Below are positions 35,385-49,336 of a stretch of 64,000 bases of DNA, in pieces; position 1 is the stretch's first letter, and every line of letters begins with the position of its first letter. Where the stretch lies: positions 5,146,001 to 5,210,000 of the forward strand of contig OZ024751.1 in NCBI GenBank assembly GCA_964016885.1, read 5' to 3'. Source of the stretch: Eledone cirrhosa. Its lineage: Eukaryota. The translations under genes were made by a program, and so were the position numbers. The notes under the pieces are model-generated. The model saw only the letters and a program-made list of their open reading frames with translations. It was not told the DNA's origin and made no database searches.

Positions 35385-37830
35385 ACTCTTTGAGTCTCAG
35401 TCATTGATGTTAGTTAACTGGAAAGTTTGTTAAAATGAATATCAAGCCATTACCTGCAGCCTCAGATATTCAGGACGTATCGGAGGGTTCTTGCTGTTCC
35501 CAGCAAGCATGCCTTTTGAAGCGTTCCATAAAGCGTGAAGGGGCCAATTTTCTTTAACCATCCCTGGAAACTTTTTGAGATAGTCCCTAGTGCGCCTATG
35601 ACAATCGGGATCACTTTGACTTCATGGCAGTTCCAAATCCTTTTTACCTCCCACTTTAAGTCCTGGTATCGGTTAATTTTCTCCCTCTCCTTCTCTTGCA
35701 CTCTCGTGTCGAATGGGCAGGCCACATCCACAATCAGGCACGATCTTTTTTCTTTGTCCAAAACCACCAGGTCAGGTCTATTGTGTTCCAGTTTCTTGTC
35801 CGTCTGTATCCTAAAATCCCACAGCACCTTCACCTGATCGTTTTCTATCACCGCCTCTGGCTTATGCTCATACCACTTCTCAGAATGTGGTAAATTGTTT
35901 ACTTTGCATAGGTGCCAGTGGATCACCCTGCCCATCACATCATGTCTTCAGCCCTTATAGTGAGTCTGGGCTAGGTGTTTACACTCGGATACAATGTGAG
36001 CCACAGTCTCCTCTCTCTCTCCACAGATCCTGCACAGTGGGCTAGCCTCCTCCTTGTAAATGTGGTGTTTCAACCACTTCGTTTTGAGGGCCTGCTCCTG
36101 CGCAGCCATTAACATTCCTTCTGTAGCCTTTTTAAGGTCTCCTCTTTTCAACCTGTTCCATGTCTGTGGATCTCTAAATTCAGTTTTCTCAAAGAAGGTA
36201 CTATGAAGGGATTTTTCCTGAAGGCTGCTCTTTCTCCTTGATGTTATTTCCTCCTTGGACATCCCCTGGCCTATTGTCCCCTCCTTCAGTACAGTTCTGA
36301 GCATTGGCTCCTTACTATCAGTCACGTATTTGTGTAGGTTGTTTTTCTCCATCTGAACACAGTCCTCTATGCTGATAAGACCTCTTCCACCTTCAGATCT
36401 CCTTAAGTAGAGTCTATCGACATCACTCCTCTTGTGGAACATATTGTGGATAGTCAATAGCTTCCTAGTCTTCCTATCCATTTCTTTTTGTTCAGCAACA
36501 TTCCATCTCAGAATTCCCGCACTGTACCTAATAATAGACACAGCTCGGGAATTTACTGCACTTATGGCATTCCTAATGTTCAGATGTGACTTTAATACGC
36601 TCCTTACTCTCCGAAGGTATTCAGTTCTTATCAATTCCTTCATTTTTTTGTTCTTTATGCCATCAGCCTCCAGAACGCCCAAATACCAAATCCTTCCTCA
36701 GAGTCAATTTCCTTTATCATCTCACCTGTTGGTATATGGATTTCGCTACTTCTGCTCAACCTACCCCTCCTCATCACATTGACTCCACACTTACTAATAC
36801 CAAATTGCATACATATATCACTGCCGAAAATACGGACAGTGTCATCAAGCACATCCAACTCCTTCTCACTCTTCCCGAAGAGCTTAAGATCGTCCATGAA
36901 GAGGAGGTGATTGATGGTAAGCCCTCCCTTTCCCAACCTGTATCCTGCTCTCACTTTTCGCAGTACACTGGTCAGGGGCATCAGGGCAAGGACAAACAAC
37001 AGAGGAGACAGACTATCTCCCTGGAAGATACCTCTCTTGATCTTCACGCTTCCCAAGGATTCTCCAGTTGATGTTAACTCTGTTTCCCCGGACTTCATAC
37101 TTTTGCCCAACAACTGTCTGATGTTCTCCAGGCTTTTGGTGATCCAAGAATGAGGCACCATGTCAAATGCCTTTTTGTAGTCTATCCATCCCATGGCAAG
37201 ACCAGTGTGTCTCCTCTTGCAATTCCTCATTACCATCTTATCAATAAGTAACTGGTCCTTTGTACCGCGTGACTTCTTTCGGCATCCTTTCTGTTCGTCC
37301 GGTAACAAGTTGTTTGTGTGGAGGTGATGGTAGATTTCCTCAGACATAATGCTTGTCAACAGTTTCCACGTTACGGACAGACATGTGATAGGTCTATAGT
37401 TGGTAACATCATTACCCTTGATTCGGTCTTTCATTATCAGAACTGTGGTACCTTTTGTCAACCACTCTGGTACCTCACCTGACATCAAGCAGTCATTGAA
37501 CATAGTTGTCAGTTTCGGGTGGAGGGATGTTATGTTTTTAATCCAATACCCCTGCACACCATCTGGGCCAGGTGATTTCCAGTTGGTTAGTTTTTTGGCC
37601 TGCCCCTTAAGAGTTTCAACTGTGATACTCAAATCAGTTTGTTGGTGTGCCTGCTCACTGACCTCCTTCTGTACTGTCTCAATCCACACTGCCTGGTCAT
37701 TATGTTTAACATCCTGCTCCCATATTCCTCTCCAGAATGTTTTAATTTGTTCCGCCTCAGGGATCAAGTCGCTGCCTCTTTCTTTCCCTTCAAGCTGTCC
37801 AAACAGCATCTTCTGGTTGTTGTCGAACAT
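35385..37830 (-). mobile_element. R4/Dong-type RLE LINE family A, 5'-truncated and disrupted
   Basis: RT: KSPGPDG, NYRPITCL, IDYKKAFDMVPH, GIFQGDSLSP, FMDDLKL. Zn knuckle CRIC..H..C. RLE: RPDL..IVDVACP..EK..Y. Flanked by (TAA)n. Confidence 0.92.
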
Positions 37831-37847
37831 TATTATTATTATTATTA

Positions 37848-40812
37848 CAGTTGCATTTATCTTGCTTTATGTTCATACGAGTTATCACCAAGTCACAACC
37901 AGTGACCTCAAGAGACAACAAGGTCCGCCATGTTCAAGAAAGAACATACATACTCACACATTCATCTTTAGTGTTTAGACTTGTGATGTACTTATATTGA
38001 CAGAATCTTCCTTAGTATATGGGCAGTTCCCATTAGTACTATCTTTTGTATTTCTCCTATACGCGGGTTTCCAGGGATTTGCGATAAGTAATCATTAGAC
38101 CCCTTAGGTATCATTCCCAGAGCGCCTACAACCACTGGTATTGTTTTAGTTCTCAATTTCCACATTTTTTCAATTTCTATCTCCAGGTCCTTATACTTGC
38201 TCAATTTTTCAAATGTTTTTATAGATACATTCTTGTCTATTGGAACAGACATATCAATTAGCAGGCATACCCTCTTTTTAAAGTCCTACAATATTATATC
38301 AGGTCTATTTGCATCTATTTTTCGGTCTGTTTGGATGCTAAAGTTCCACAAGATTGAAATGTGATCTTTTTCAAGTATGGGAGGTGGTTGATGCTCCCAC
38401 CAATTCTTTTGATGGGGCAGGTCAAAATGCTTACACATTATCCAATGTATGTATTGTGCAGCTCTGTGATGCCTGTTTAGGTATTCGGTTGGAGCTATAG
38501 GACTGCTCATTGAAATTATATGGTCAATGGTCTCTGGTTGTTTTTTGCATACACAGCATAATGGGCTGCATCCATTTTTTATTATGTTGGCTTTGTAATT
38601 TTTTGTTGGCAGACACTGATCTTGTGCTGATATAATCAGTCCTTCAGTCTCCGATTTCAGTCCAGAGGATGCCAACCACTGATGGGTTAAAGTTTTGTCA
38701 ACATCAGGATTGTTAGCTCGCTCTGGGTATTTTCCATACAGAGGCTTTTCTTGCCATTTCTTAGCCAGTTTCTGTAGCAGTTCTTTCTTTGTAGTTACTT
38801 TTACCTGCTTTGCTTTTTCTGTGTTTTCCATTTCAGCAGTAAATGGGACTTCTGAAATTTGTAGTCCATTACTGTATCTTTGTGCATCTTTTGTAATGGA
38901 ATATGATCTTTTCATGCTTTCGTGTTTCAAAACGAGTTTGATCATCCAATCATGTGATTTCCTTAGATATGTAGATAATCCAATTGTTGCAGTTTTCAAC
39001 GCAATGTCTAACTGGACTAACCCACGTCCTCCTTCTTTCCTAGGGAGATATATTCTATCTATATCTGCCTTAGGGTGATGCATTCTGTGCATGGTTAAGA
39101 ATTTTCGAATTTTTGTATCGAGCCTACGGATCTCTGTGCTTGACCAGTTGATGACATTGTAACTGTAGGTTACTACTGGTATGGCAAGCGTGTTTATGGC
39201 ATCGATCCTATTCCTTGCATTCAATTCCGTTCTTAGTATTGCTCTTACTCTGCGGTAACATTCCTTCCTTATCCTTTCCCTCATTGTCGAGTGCTTGATT
39301 CCGTCTCCTTCACAAACACCTAGATATTTGTAAGTTTTTTCTTGATCAAGTTCTCTTATCACGTTCCCCCGATCAAGATTAATGTCTGAACTCTTCAGCA
39401 GCTTTCCTCTGGTGAACGTTGCTTTGGCGCATTTATCTAGTCCAAACTCCATTTTAATGTCATCACTGAACTGCTCCACAGTGGATAATAGCCCTTGCAA
39501 TTGTTCATCATTTTTTGCAAATAGTTTCAGGTCATCCATGTAGAACAGGTGATTAATGGTTTTGTCATAGACTTTATATCCATGTTTTGTTTAATTGAGC
39601 ATTTTACTTAATGGTTTAAGTGCGATGCAGAATAAAAGCGGTGATAAAGAGTCACCCTGAAAAATTCCACAATTAATATTAACTTCTCAAGCTTCCAGTG
39701 ATTTTGTTTCACTATTCAAAAGGAGTGTCGTTTCCCATGTCTTCATACTGAATGACAAAAACCTCCTGACAACGGGGGATATTTTGAAAATCTCTAAACA
39801 TTTTTCAATCCAACTGTGTGGCAAACTATCGAATGCTTTTTTATAATCTATCCAAGCAATCGATAGATTTTTGTGTCTATTATGACAACCTTCCAGTATC
39901 ATTTTGTTAACCAAAAGCTGATCCTTACAGCCATATGAGCCTCGTTTACACCCTCTCTGCTCAATGGGAAATAGGTCATTTGTTATCAGGTGGTCATATG
40001 TGTATTCAGTTAGGACTGATGTTAAAATTTTATACATTGTGGTCAAGCAAGTTATCGGTCTGTAATTTTTGGGATTGTTTGTCTCATCATTCTTCGGAAG
40101 CAGGAATGTAATGCCGTTAACTAGCCATGATGGTATCTTTTCTGGCTCCTTAACTATTTCACTGTAAAGTTGGGCTAACAGCTCATGAGACTCTGTGAAA
40201 GCATTTATCCAAAAATTTGTATTTTGTCTTTCCCTGGGGATTTCCATTTGCTGGTTTTTCTTAGAGCCAAGCGCAACTGTTCAACTGTTATATTTTCCCA
40301 TATTTGTTCCTCAAGGTGAGCTGTATCTTTCATGTGTCTGTCTATCCATGGGGCATGTATGTTATGAACTTTTTCTTCGGCCCAGATCTTTTCCCAGAAT
40401 TCTTGCACTTCCTCCTTGGGTGGTATTGATTTAGCAGTTATTGTTGACTTACCAATTTTTCTGTAGAAGTCTCTTTGGTTGTTTTTGAACATATTATTGT
40501 CCTTATAGAATCTAGATCGTTTTTCAAAGCGCCTTATACGAGCAGCTTTGGCCGACACTTTTTGCTTGATTATTTCTATCAGCATGTCTATGTCACTTGT
40601 TGATTTTATACTGTACTTTTTTTTCAATTTTCTAAGTTTAGTTTGTTTACCATGTTCACCTACTTTATAGTTTGTTAAAATTTCTATGTCAGATCGGAGA
40701 AGGTTTATTTGGCGATTGATGTTCTCTTGCCAAGTAGATTTCTTGTGGGAATTCCTTTGTTTTTTCATCTTCACTCCACATAAGTGAGTGGTGACTTTAG
40801 CCGATGCATAAT
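37848..40812 (-). mobile_element. R4/Dong-type RLE LINE family B, disrupted
   Basis: ORFs 40205-40774, 39687-40247, 38286-39539 and 37992-38252 carry RT (IDYKKAFDS, YMDDLKL), a Zn knuckle and RPDII RLE. Confidence 0.92.
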
Positions 40813-43280
40813 GTATTCAGTTCTTAACAATTCCTTCATTTTTTTGTTCTTTATGCCATCAGCCTCCAGAACGCCCAAATACTTGTATCCTTCCTCAGAG
40901 TCAATTTCCTTTATCATCTCACCTGTTGGTATCTGGATTCCGTTACTTCTGCTCAACCTACCCCTCCTCATCACAATGACTCCACACTTACTAATACCAA
41001 ACTGCATACATATATCACTGCTGAAAATACGGACAGTGTCATCAAGCACATCCAACTCCTTCTCACTCTTCCCGAAGAGCTTAAGATCGTCCATGAAGAG
41101 GAGGTGATTGATGGTAAGCCCTCCCTTTCCCAACCTGTATCCTGCTCTCACTTTTCGCAGTACACTGGTCAGGGGCATCAGGGAAAGGACAAACAACAGA
41201 GGGGACAGGCTATCTCCCTGGAAGATACCTCTCTTGATCTTCACGCTTCCCAAGGATTCTCCAGTTGATGTCAACTCTGTTTCCCAGGACCTCATACTCT
41301 TGCCCAACAACTGTCTGATGTTATCTGCCACCTTGAAGATCTACAGGCTTTTGGTGATCCAAGAATGAGGCACCATGTCAAATGCCTTTCTGTAGTCTAT
41401 CCATCCCATGGCAAGATCAGTGTGTCTCCTCCTGCAATTCCCCATTACCATCTTATCAATAAGTAACTGGTCCTTTGTACCACGTGACTTTTTCGGCATC
41501 CTTTCTGTTCGTCCGGTAACAAGTTGTTTGTGTGGAGGTGATGGTAGATCAGACACAATGCTCGTCAACAGTTTCCACATTACGGACAGACATGTGATAG
41601 GTCTATAGTTGGTAACATCATTACCCTTGATTCGGTCTTTCATTATCAGAACTGTGGTACCTTTTGTCAACCACTCTGGTACCTCACCTGACATCAAAAA
41701 GTCATTGAACATGGTTGTCAGTTTCGGGTGGAGGGATGTTATATTTTTAATCCAATACCCCTGCACACCATCTGGGCCTGGTGATTCCCCATTACCATCT
41801 TATCAATAAGTAACTGGTCCTTTGTACCACGTGACTTTTTTCGGCATCCTTTCTGTTCGTCCAGTTGGTTAGTTTTTTGGCCTGCCCCTTAAGAGTTTCA
41901 ACTGTGATACTCAAATCAGTTTGTTGGTGTGCCTGCTCACCGATCTCCCTCTGTCCTGTCTCAATCCATACTGCCTGGTCATTATGTCTAACATCCTGCT
42001 CCCATATTCCTCTCCAGAATGTTTTAGTTTGTTCCGCCTCAGGGATCAAGTCGTTGCCTCTTTCTTTCCCCTCAAGCTGTCCAAACTGCATCTTCTGGTT
42101 GTTGTCGAACATGCGGTTCTGTTTATACTGACTGACTCTGTTCTCGTATCACCTGATTTTTGCACTCTTTGCTACAATGCGTTGCTTCAGTTCCTCTATG
42201 ATAATATTTAGCTTTTTCCTCCTAGTTTTGTACTTTATTTCCAGTCTATTTTTAGTGTCTATGTTTTTTAGTGTCCCATTAAGTAGTGACTCAAGCTTTC
42301 CAATGTCTTTTCTCATTTCCCTGATTTGACCACTCAGTCGTTTCTTCCACCAAGGCTCTGCTCTTTCTTGTCTGTTGTTTCCTCTCGCTTTTATACCAAG
42401 TAGTTTCCTCACCGTATTTGCTGTTGCTTTGAGGATATTGTTGCACTGGTGAAGGCTCCTCGCCTCAAGGTATGGGATGACTTTGTTTACCTTAGCTGTT
42501 GTTTCTTTTAACTTTTTCCTGTCTACAAATCTTAGGTTCATAGGTCTCCCACTATCATTGTTCAATTCATCTACCACTAAATTTAGGATGTCAACCGAAT
42601 CTTGTCCTAGCCCGTCAGCATTCATCTCCTCAGTGGCCGTATCTCTGTTCCAGGTATTATTTATCTCAGTATTCAGATAATTGTCTGCTTCGGGTGGTTC
42701 CTCCGTTCTATCGACCTCTTCACCTTCATTTCCCACTGGCTCGTTTGCCTGGAATACTCCACCCTCCATCTCCAAGCTAATCTCTCTGCTCAGTTCCTCC
42801 AGTTCCAGCTCGCTTATCCACCCATTAGTTCTTGTCACCCGAGCCTGCCCGGCCAATTTTTGTTCATCTAATTTAAATAGACCAATCTCGTTCCAGATGT
42901 TATGCATCCGTCTCCTATAGCCCCTCTCCTTGGGGTTACTTTTCAGGTAACATTGCATAACAGTTCTATTCAATTCTTTCGTCCAGTTGGTTCTGGTCCC
43001 TTTCCTTCTTCTTCTTCCTCCGACACCAGCAGTATTTGGTTGACAGCCAGGTCCCTGCTGCTGAGCCAGGGAGCACCTGTTGGGTGAGAGTCTGTCACAT
43101 GACGTTCTAGTCTCCATTTCACCGTTATTCGAACTGTTTAGGTTCGATATTTAAACACTCTTATCGAGGATTGGCGAATGTATGGTTACATAACCATCTG
43201 TGGATTCACCGTCTCCGGTGGTTGCGTCGCTCCACTTGGCTCTTGTGTGGCATTATCACCACGCTGTAGACGAACACAAA
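40813..43280 (-). mobile_element. R4/Dong-type LINE family A, 5' portion (N-terminus + RT), 3' end missing
   Basis: N-terminal ORF 42149-43117 (WTKELN..CY..GYRRRMHNIW, PWWKKRL). RT is near-identical to 36600-37830. Confidence 0.9.
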
Positions 43281-44322
43281 TAAACAAACAAACAAACAGG
43301 CAGAAAAAACCCCAAAAATGAATAAGCATAAGTTTCATTGTAATGTAGTGTTCGAATGTCTGACTTAGTTTTTCCCTTCTCTTCTCTGTCCGTCCGCTTG
43401 TTTCTCTCTTCATTCTTATTTTCTTTAGGTTTTTTTGTTTTTGTTTTTCTCTGTTTTTTTTTTTTGTTGTTGTTGCTGTGCTGCTTTGGTTTTGATTTTT
43501 GTTTTTTCTTTTGAGTATATATTTTGATGCCTTCCTCTTTTTTAGTAGGAATTCTATAATGTGGTGGCAGTGCTGTGCTAGCAGCAACTAGCAGGAAGCA
43601 ATGGGAGAGAATAGCGGCGGTAGCGATACTGAGGCAGTGGTGGTGGTGATGTGATCGTATTACTGTAGTGATGGTGTTGTAGCGGTGGTAGCAATGAAGG
43701 AGTGGTGGCGGCGGTGATGGGATAGTGGTAGTAATGATGGATGGGCGGCGGCGGCAGTGACTGTAGTGATGGCGTTGTCGTTACTGATGTCCGTTCGGTG
43801 AATCTATGGTGTTAGTCGCGTACATGTGTTGACATAAATTCCCTTAATGTTGAAATTAAACATTTTGTTAAAACTTGGGACAATAATAATAGTATTTATT
43901 ATTATCATTATTATGTTGAGATTGGTTGTGGTGGTGGTGAAGTTGCCGTTATCTGGCTGTTGTGTTTAGTGTACACAGAGAGGTGATGGGGTAGGTGGTG
44001 TATCTAGTTTCTGGTGTTGGTGAGATTGGTGTTGTTTGGCTGTTCTATATAGTGTAGACAGAGGAGGGGGGGGTACTTCTTCTTCCATTTATAGCCATTT
44101 TCTATTTTGAATATACAATGTACAATACAAAGTTGAATATTTGAATATTTGAGCCTTATAACAATATATTTTGGGTCCGAATTTTTTTGGGGCTCAAGCC
44201 GGATGCTTTACGTAGCATTTGTACTAAGAGTTGTTATTTCACAAATGATTGAAATATGTTAAAAATTCAAAACTTACGGGAGCGATTTCACGACCTTCTA
44301 TCCACCACGTGCGTCTTCTCCC

Positions 44323-44360
<38 letters not shown>

Positions 44361-44362
<2 letters not shown>

Positions 44363-45802
44363 TGCATTTATCTTGCTTTATGTTTATACGAGTTATCACC
44401 AAGTCACAACCAGTGACCTCAAGAGACAACAAGGTCCGCCATGTTCAAGAAAGAACATACATATTCACACATGCATCCTTAGTGTTTAGACTTGTGATGT
44501 ACTTATATTGACAGGATCTTCCTTAGTATATGGGCAGTTCCCATTAGAACTATCTTTTGTATTTCTCCTATACGCGGGTTTCCTGGGATTTGCGATAAGT
44601 AGTCGTTAGACCCCTTAGGTATCATTCCCAGAGCGCCTACAACCACTGGTATTGTTTTAGTTCTCAATTTCCACATTTTTCCAATTTCTATCTCCAGGTC
44701 CTTATACTTGCTCAATTTTTCAAATGTTTTTATAGATACATTCTTGTCTATTGGAACAGACATATCAATTAGCAGGCATACCCTCCTTTGAAAGTCCTTC
44801 AATATTATATCAGGTCTATTTGCATCTATTTTTCGGTCTGTTTGGATGCTAAAGTTCCACAAGATTGAGATGTGATCTTTTTCAAGTATGGGAGGTGGTT
44901 GATGCTCCCACCAATTCTTTTGATGGGGCAGGTCAAAATGCTTACACATTATCCAATGTATGTATTGTGCAGCTCTGTCATGCCTGTTTAGGTATTCGGT
45001 TGGAGCTATAGGACTGCCCATTGAAATTATATGGTCAATGGTCTCTGGTTGTTTTTTGCATACACGGCATAATGGGCTGCACCCATTTTTTATTATGTTG
45101 GCTTGGTAATTTTTTGTTGGCAGACACTGATCTTGTGCGGATATAATCAGTCCTTCAGTCTCCGATTTCAGTCCAGAGGATGCCAACCACTGATGGGTTA
45201 AAGTTTTGTCAACATCAGGATTGTTAGCTCGCTCTGGGTATTTTCCATACAGAGGCTTTTCTTGCCATTTCTTAGCCAGTTTCTGTAGCAGTTCTTTCTT
45301 TGCAGTTACTTTTACCTGCTTTGCTTTTTCTGTGTTTTCCATTTCAGCAGTAAATGGGACTTCTGAAATTTGTAGTCCATTACTGTATCTTTGTGCATCT
45401 TTTGTAATGGAATATGATCTTTTGGTGCTTTCGTGTTTCAAAACGAGTTTGATCATCCAATCATGTGATTCCCTTAGATATGTGGATAATCCAATTGTTG
45501 CAGTTTTCAACGCAATGTCTAACTGGATTAACCCACATCCTCCTTCTTTCCTAGGGAGATATATTCTATCTATGTCTGCCTTAGGGTGATGCATTCTGTT
45601 CATGGTTAAGAATTTTCGGATTTTTGTATCGAGCCTACGGATCTCTGTGCTTGACCAGTTGATGACATTGTAACTGTAGGTTACTACTGGTATGGCAAGC
45701 GTGTTTATGGCATCGATCCTATTCCTTGCATTCAATTCCGTTCTTAAGATTGCTCTGACTCTGCGGTAACATTCCTTCCTTATCCTTTCCCTCATTGTCG
45801 AG
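44361..45802 (-). mobile_element. R4/Dong-type LINE family B, 5'-truncated copy in (TAA)n
   Basis: Open frame STMRERIRKEC..CRVC..RPDIIL..LIDMSVP..KYKDL; near-identical to 37848-39291. Confidence 0.93.
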
Positions 45803-46786
45803 ATTATTATTATTATTATTATTATTATTGTTATTATTATTATTATTATTACTGTTGTTGTTGTTACAATTCCATTTTCTCCCACCACCGCCACCACCAG
45901 CACCACCACATCCACCACATCCATGGTTATAAACCATATTTATAGTCAATAATAGTTTCCCTGTAGTTTATATAAAAGTTGCTATCATTTATCATATCTC
46001 TGACAACGCAACACTGCATCACTACGGCTGGGTACTGAAACAACTGCTAGACAGCGCACACTAAATGTGGCTGGCCTTCATCTGGGAAAACCATGCTTCT
46101 CCCATGGTTAATTGTATGTAGGACGCTCTAGGGTGAGCTCACCAAACAATCTCTTCATCTCTGCTCCCTAGAGCCGAACAAAAAAATATTGTATACTCTG
46201 AGGCTCTAACAATGTAATTTATGTATTTTCTGTTACTTGGAATTTCCATTATGGTTGTACATATTATTGAAAAGTTTGTTAAAAAATTTGTTCTCTGTTC
46301 AGCCTTTATTGTTGTAATTATCAATTTTCTTTAACATACTGGCTGCTGAACTGGGGAATCCTAAAAACTATTCAAACTGTACATCAGAGCACGTTAACCC
46401 CCCTCTCGCTGACTTGAGAGGGCGTACGGTATCTTGGTACTGGAATGGAAGGGGGATTCCAGAAAAGATAAAATGCCGGTATACCTAGCCGGCCGCCAGC
46501 CGGACGGGTCAGCTAAATATATATATAATGATGATTTCTCAAGAATGAAACAGTTCTTGTCCTGTAGAATCGCATCTATATTAAAACTTGTATACTCTGC
46601 TATGTATTGAGTACCTTACTTACTATGGTTACCTCCGATTCAACCCGGAATAACTCACCTTACTGCCGTCGGGGTGTTAAACATTTTCCTATTACCCACT
46701 CTGCTACCCTAAGTATTGAGTGCTCTGGTGCGTTATGGTCCATCTGGTTCCTTACCACACCTCCTTTGTTATATATATATATATAT

Positions 46787-47701
46787 GAAAACAGTGAGAA
46801 AGAGACGATTATTAGGAGTAAACAAATATTTCTTTCCTTTTTTGTTTCTCTCTCTCTTTTTTCTGGGTTAGAAAATGATTAAAACGAAATGTTTTACTTT
46901 GTGTGAAGTGTTAAGGTATTAGTTGATTTATTTATTATTTAACATTTATTTATCTATTTATATATTTAATTATTGTCTATTACCGGTTTCAGCATTTTTA
47001 TGCATTTTCAAATGATAGTGAAATGTATTAGTGTGGTGTCGCACATGTTAAACAGAAGGTGCAGAAAGAATAATGTTATTTACAAACAAGGTTTTTGAAG
47101 TGAAAAGAAAAAAGAAAAAAGGAAAAAACCGTGCATAATGTGGAACGTAAAAGTCAATGTGGAAGAAAAAATAATGTGGACTGAGGTTTGATATCATATC
47201 AAACCTCAGTCCAGCATTTGCCTCCATCACGGAATCATGGATCAACCAAGCACTCTTGCTATATTAACACATTTGATCTGCTTAACTTCAATGACTGTGC
47301 TTGTAAATAGCATTATTTTTCCTTCCACATTGACTTTTTACGTTCCACATTATTCACGTTTTTTTTTTCCTTTTTCTTTTTTCTTTTCACTTCATAAACC
47401 TTGTTTGTAAATAACATTATTCTTTCTGCACCTTCTGTTTAACATGTGCGACACCACACTAATACATTTCACTATCATTTAATAATGCATAAAAATGCTG
47501 AAACTGGTAATAGACAATAATTAAATATATAAATAGATAACTAAATGCCATTGTTAAATAATAAATAAATCAACTAATACCTTAACACTTCACACAAAGT
47601 AAAACATTTCGTTTTAATCATTTTCTAACCCAGAAAAGAGAGAGAAACAAAAAAGGAAAAAAACAAATTTTTCTTCCTAATAATTGTCTCTTTCTCCCTG
47701 T

Positions 47702-47707
<6 letters not shown>
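46787..47707. repeat. Fold-back (~390 bp arms) with an HHR in the left arm and a mutated one in the right arm
   Basis: GGTGTCGCACATGTTAAACAGAAGGTGC / GCACCTTCTGTTTAACATGTGCGACACC. The spacer holds palindrome GGACTGAGGTTTGATATCATATCAAACCTCAGTCC. Confidence 0.92.
46977..47018 (-). ncRNA. Hammerhead ribozyme motif, U3/A8 variant
   Basis: CUAUCAU-UUGAAAA-UGCAU aaaa AUGCU-GAAAC-CG-GUA-AUAG. Palindrome ACCGGU. Confidence 0.65.
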
Positions 47708-47758
<51 letters not shown>

Positions 47759-47865
47759 AGTAAGTAATAGGGGTCTTACTTACTCCTATTACCCACTCTA
47801 CTACCCCAAGTATTGAGTACTTTGGTGCGTTATGGTCCACCTGGTTCCTTACCATTTTTCCCTCG

Positions 47866-47903
<38 letters not shown>

Positions 47904-47929
47904 TAACTCGTGTGCTTCCTCTCCACATT

Positions 47930-47960
<31 letters not shown>

Positions 47961-48125
47961 AATAACACACCTATATCGGGCAACTCACGTTTGATACCCG
48001 GACAGATCTAAATCTGTTACGCAAGAAGAGCACAGGAATGGTGGCTTTCACTTCATAATTCTTGCGAAACAGATTTAGATCTGTTCGGGTATCAAACGGC
48101 AGTTGCCCGATATAGGTTTGTTATT
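47961..48125. repeat. Small fold-back (~65 bp arms)
   Basis: CCTATATCGGGCAACT..CAGATCTAAATCTGTT / AACAGATTTAGATCTG..AGTTGCCCGATATAGG. Confidence 0.9.
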
Positions 48126-48345
48126 TTTATTGATTTATTACTTTAAATCGAGACAGGCAAACCATATTGTTTTAAATTATTAATTTTCAACCTAGCTAAC
48201 TTGGTCATTTGCAATTTGAACACATGTATACTTGTATCGGTGTTCATTCCTCTCATATATTCAATTATTTTACACGGCTCGGAAAGATTCCCTTCCTTGA
48301 GATATTTAATTGTAAAAGACTATTTTGAGTTTCTAACTCAATCTA

Positions 48346-48920
<575 letters not shown>

Positions 48921-49302
48921 ATAGTATTCTCTTAAGTACGCATCGGCTGAGTAGCCTAATTTGCATACCGAGCGAGTTATGGCTGGCTTTGCCGAATGTT
49001 AAAAATAGACCGATTCGTACAATATGTATATGTATATATGTGTGTGTATGTGTATATACATATGTGTATATATATGTGTGTACGTGTGCATACTTACATT
49101 TATGTATCAGCTGTGCTAAGGCTAGGAATAAAATTCTAATTATATATATATATATATATATTAGAAAGATCGAGTATCGAAAAATCGGCGCACGAGTTCA
49201 CGACAAACGAGATTCGACATGAACGGCAGAGGGCTCAATAATTCAGATGAATCAGAGCTATAACTATCGTTAAAATACCGTCACATATAGAACAAGTCTA
49301 CA

Positions 49303-49332
<30 letters not shown>

Positions 49333-49336
<4 letters not shown>

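Noticed and set aside
46410-46520. GC-rich hairpin as a Helitron 3' end
   Set aside because: It ends CAGCTAAA rather than CTRR|T with a clear boundary, and no matching 5' end was identified.
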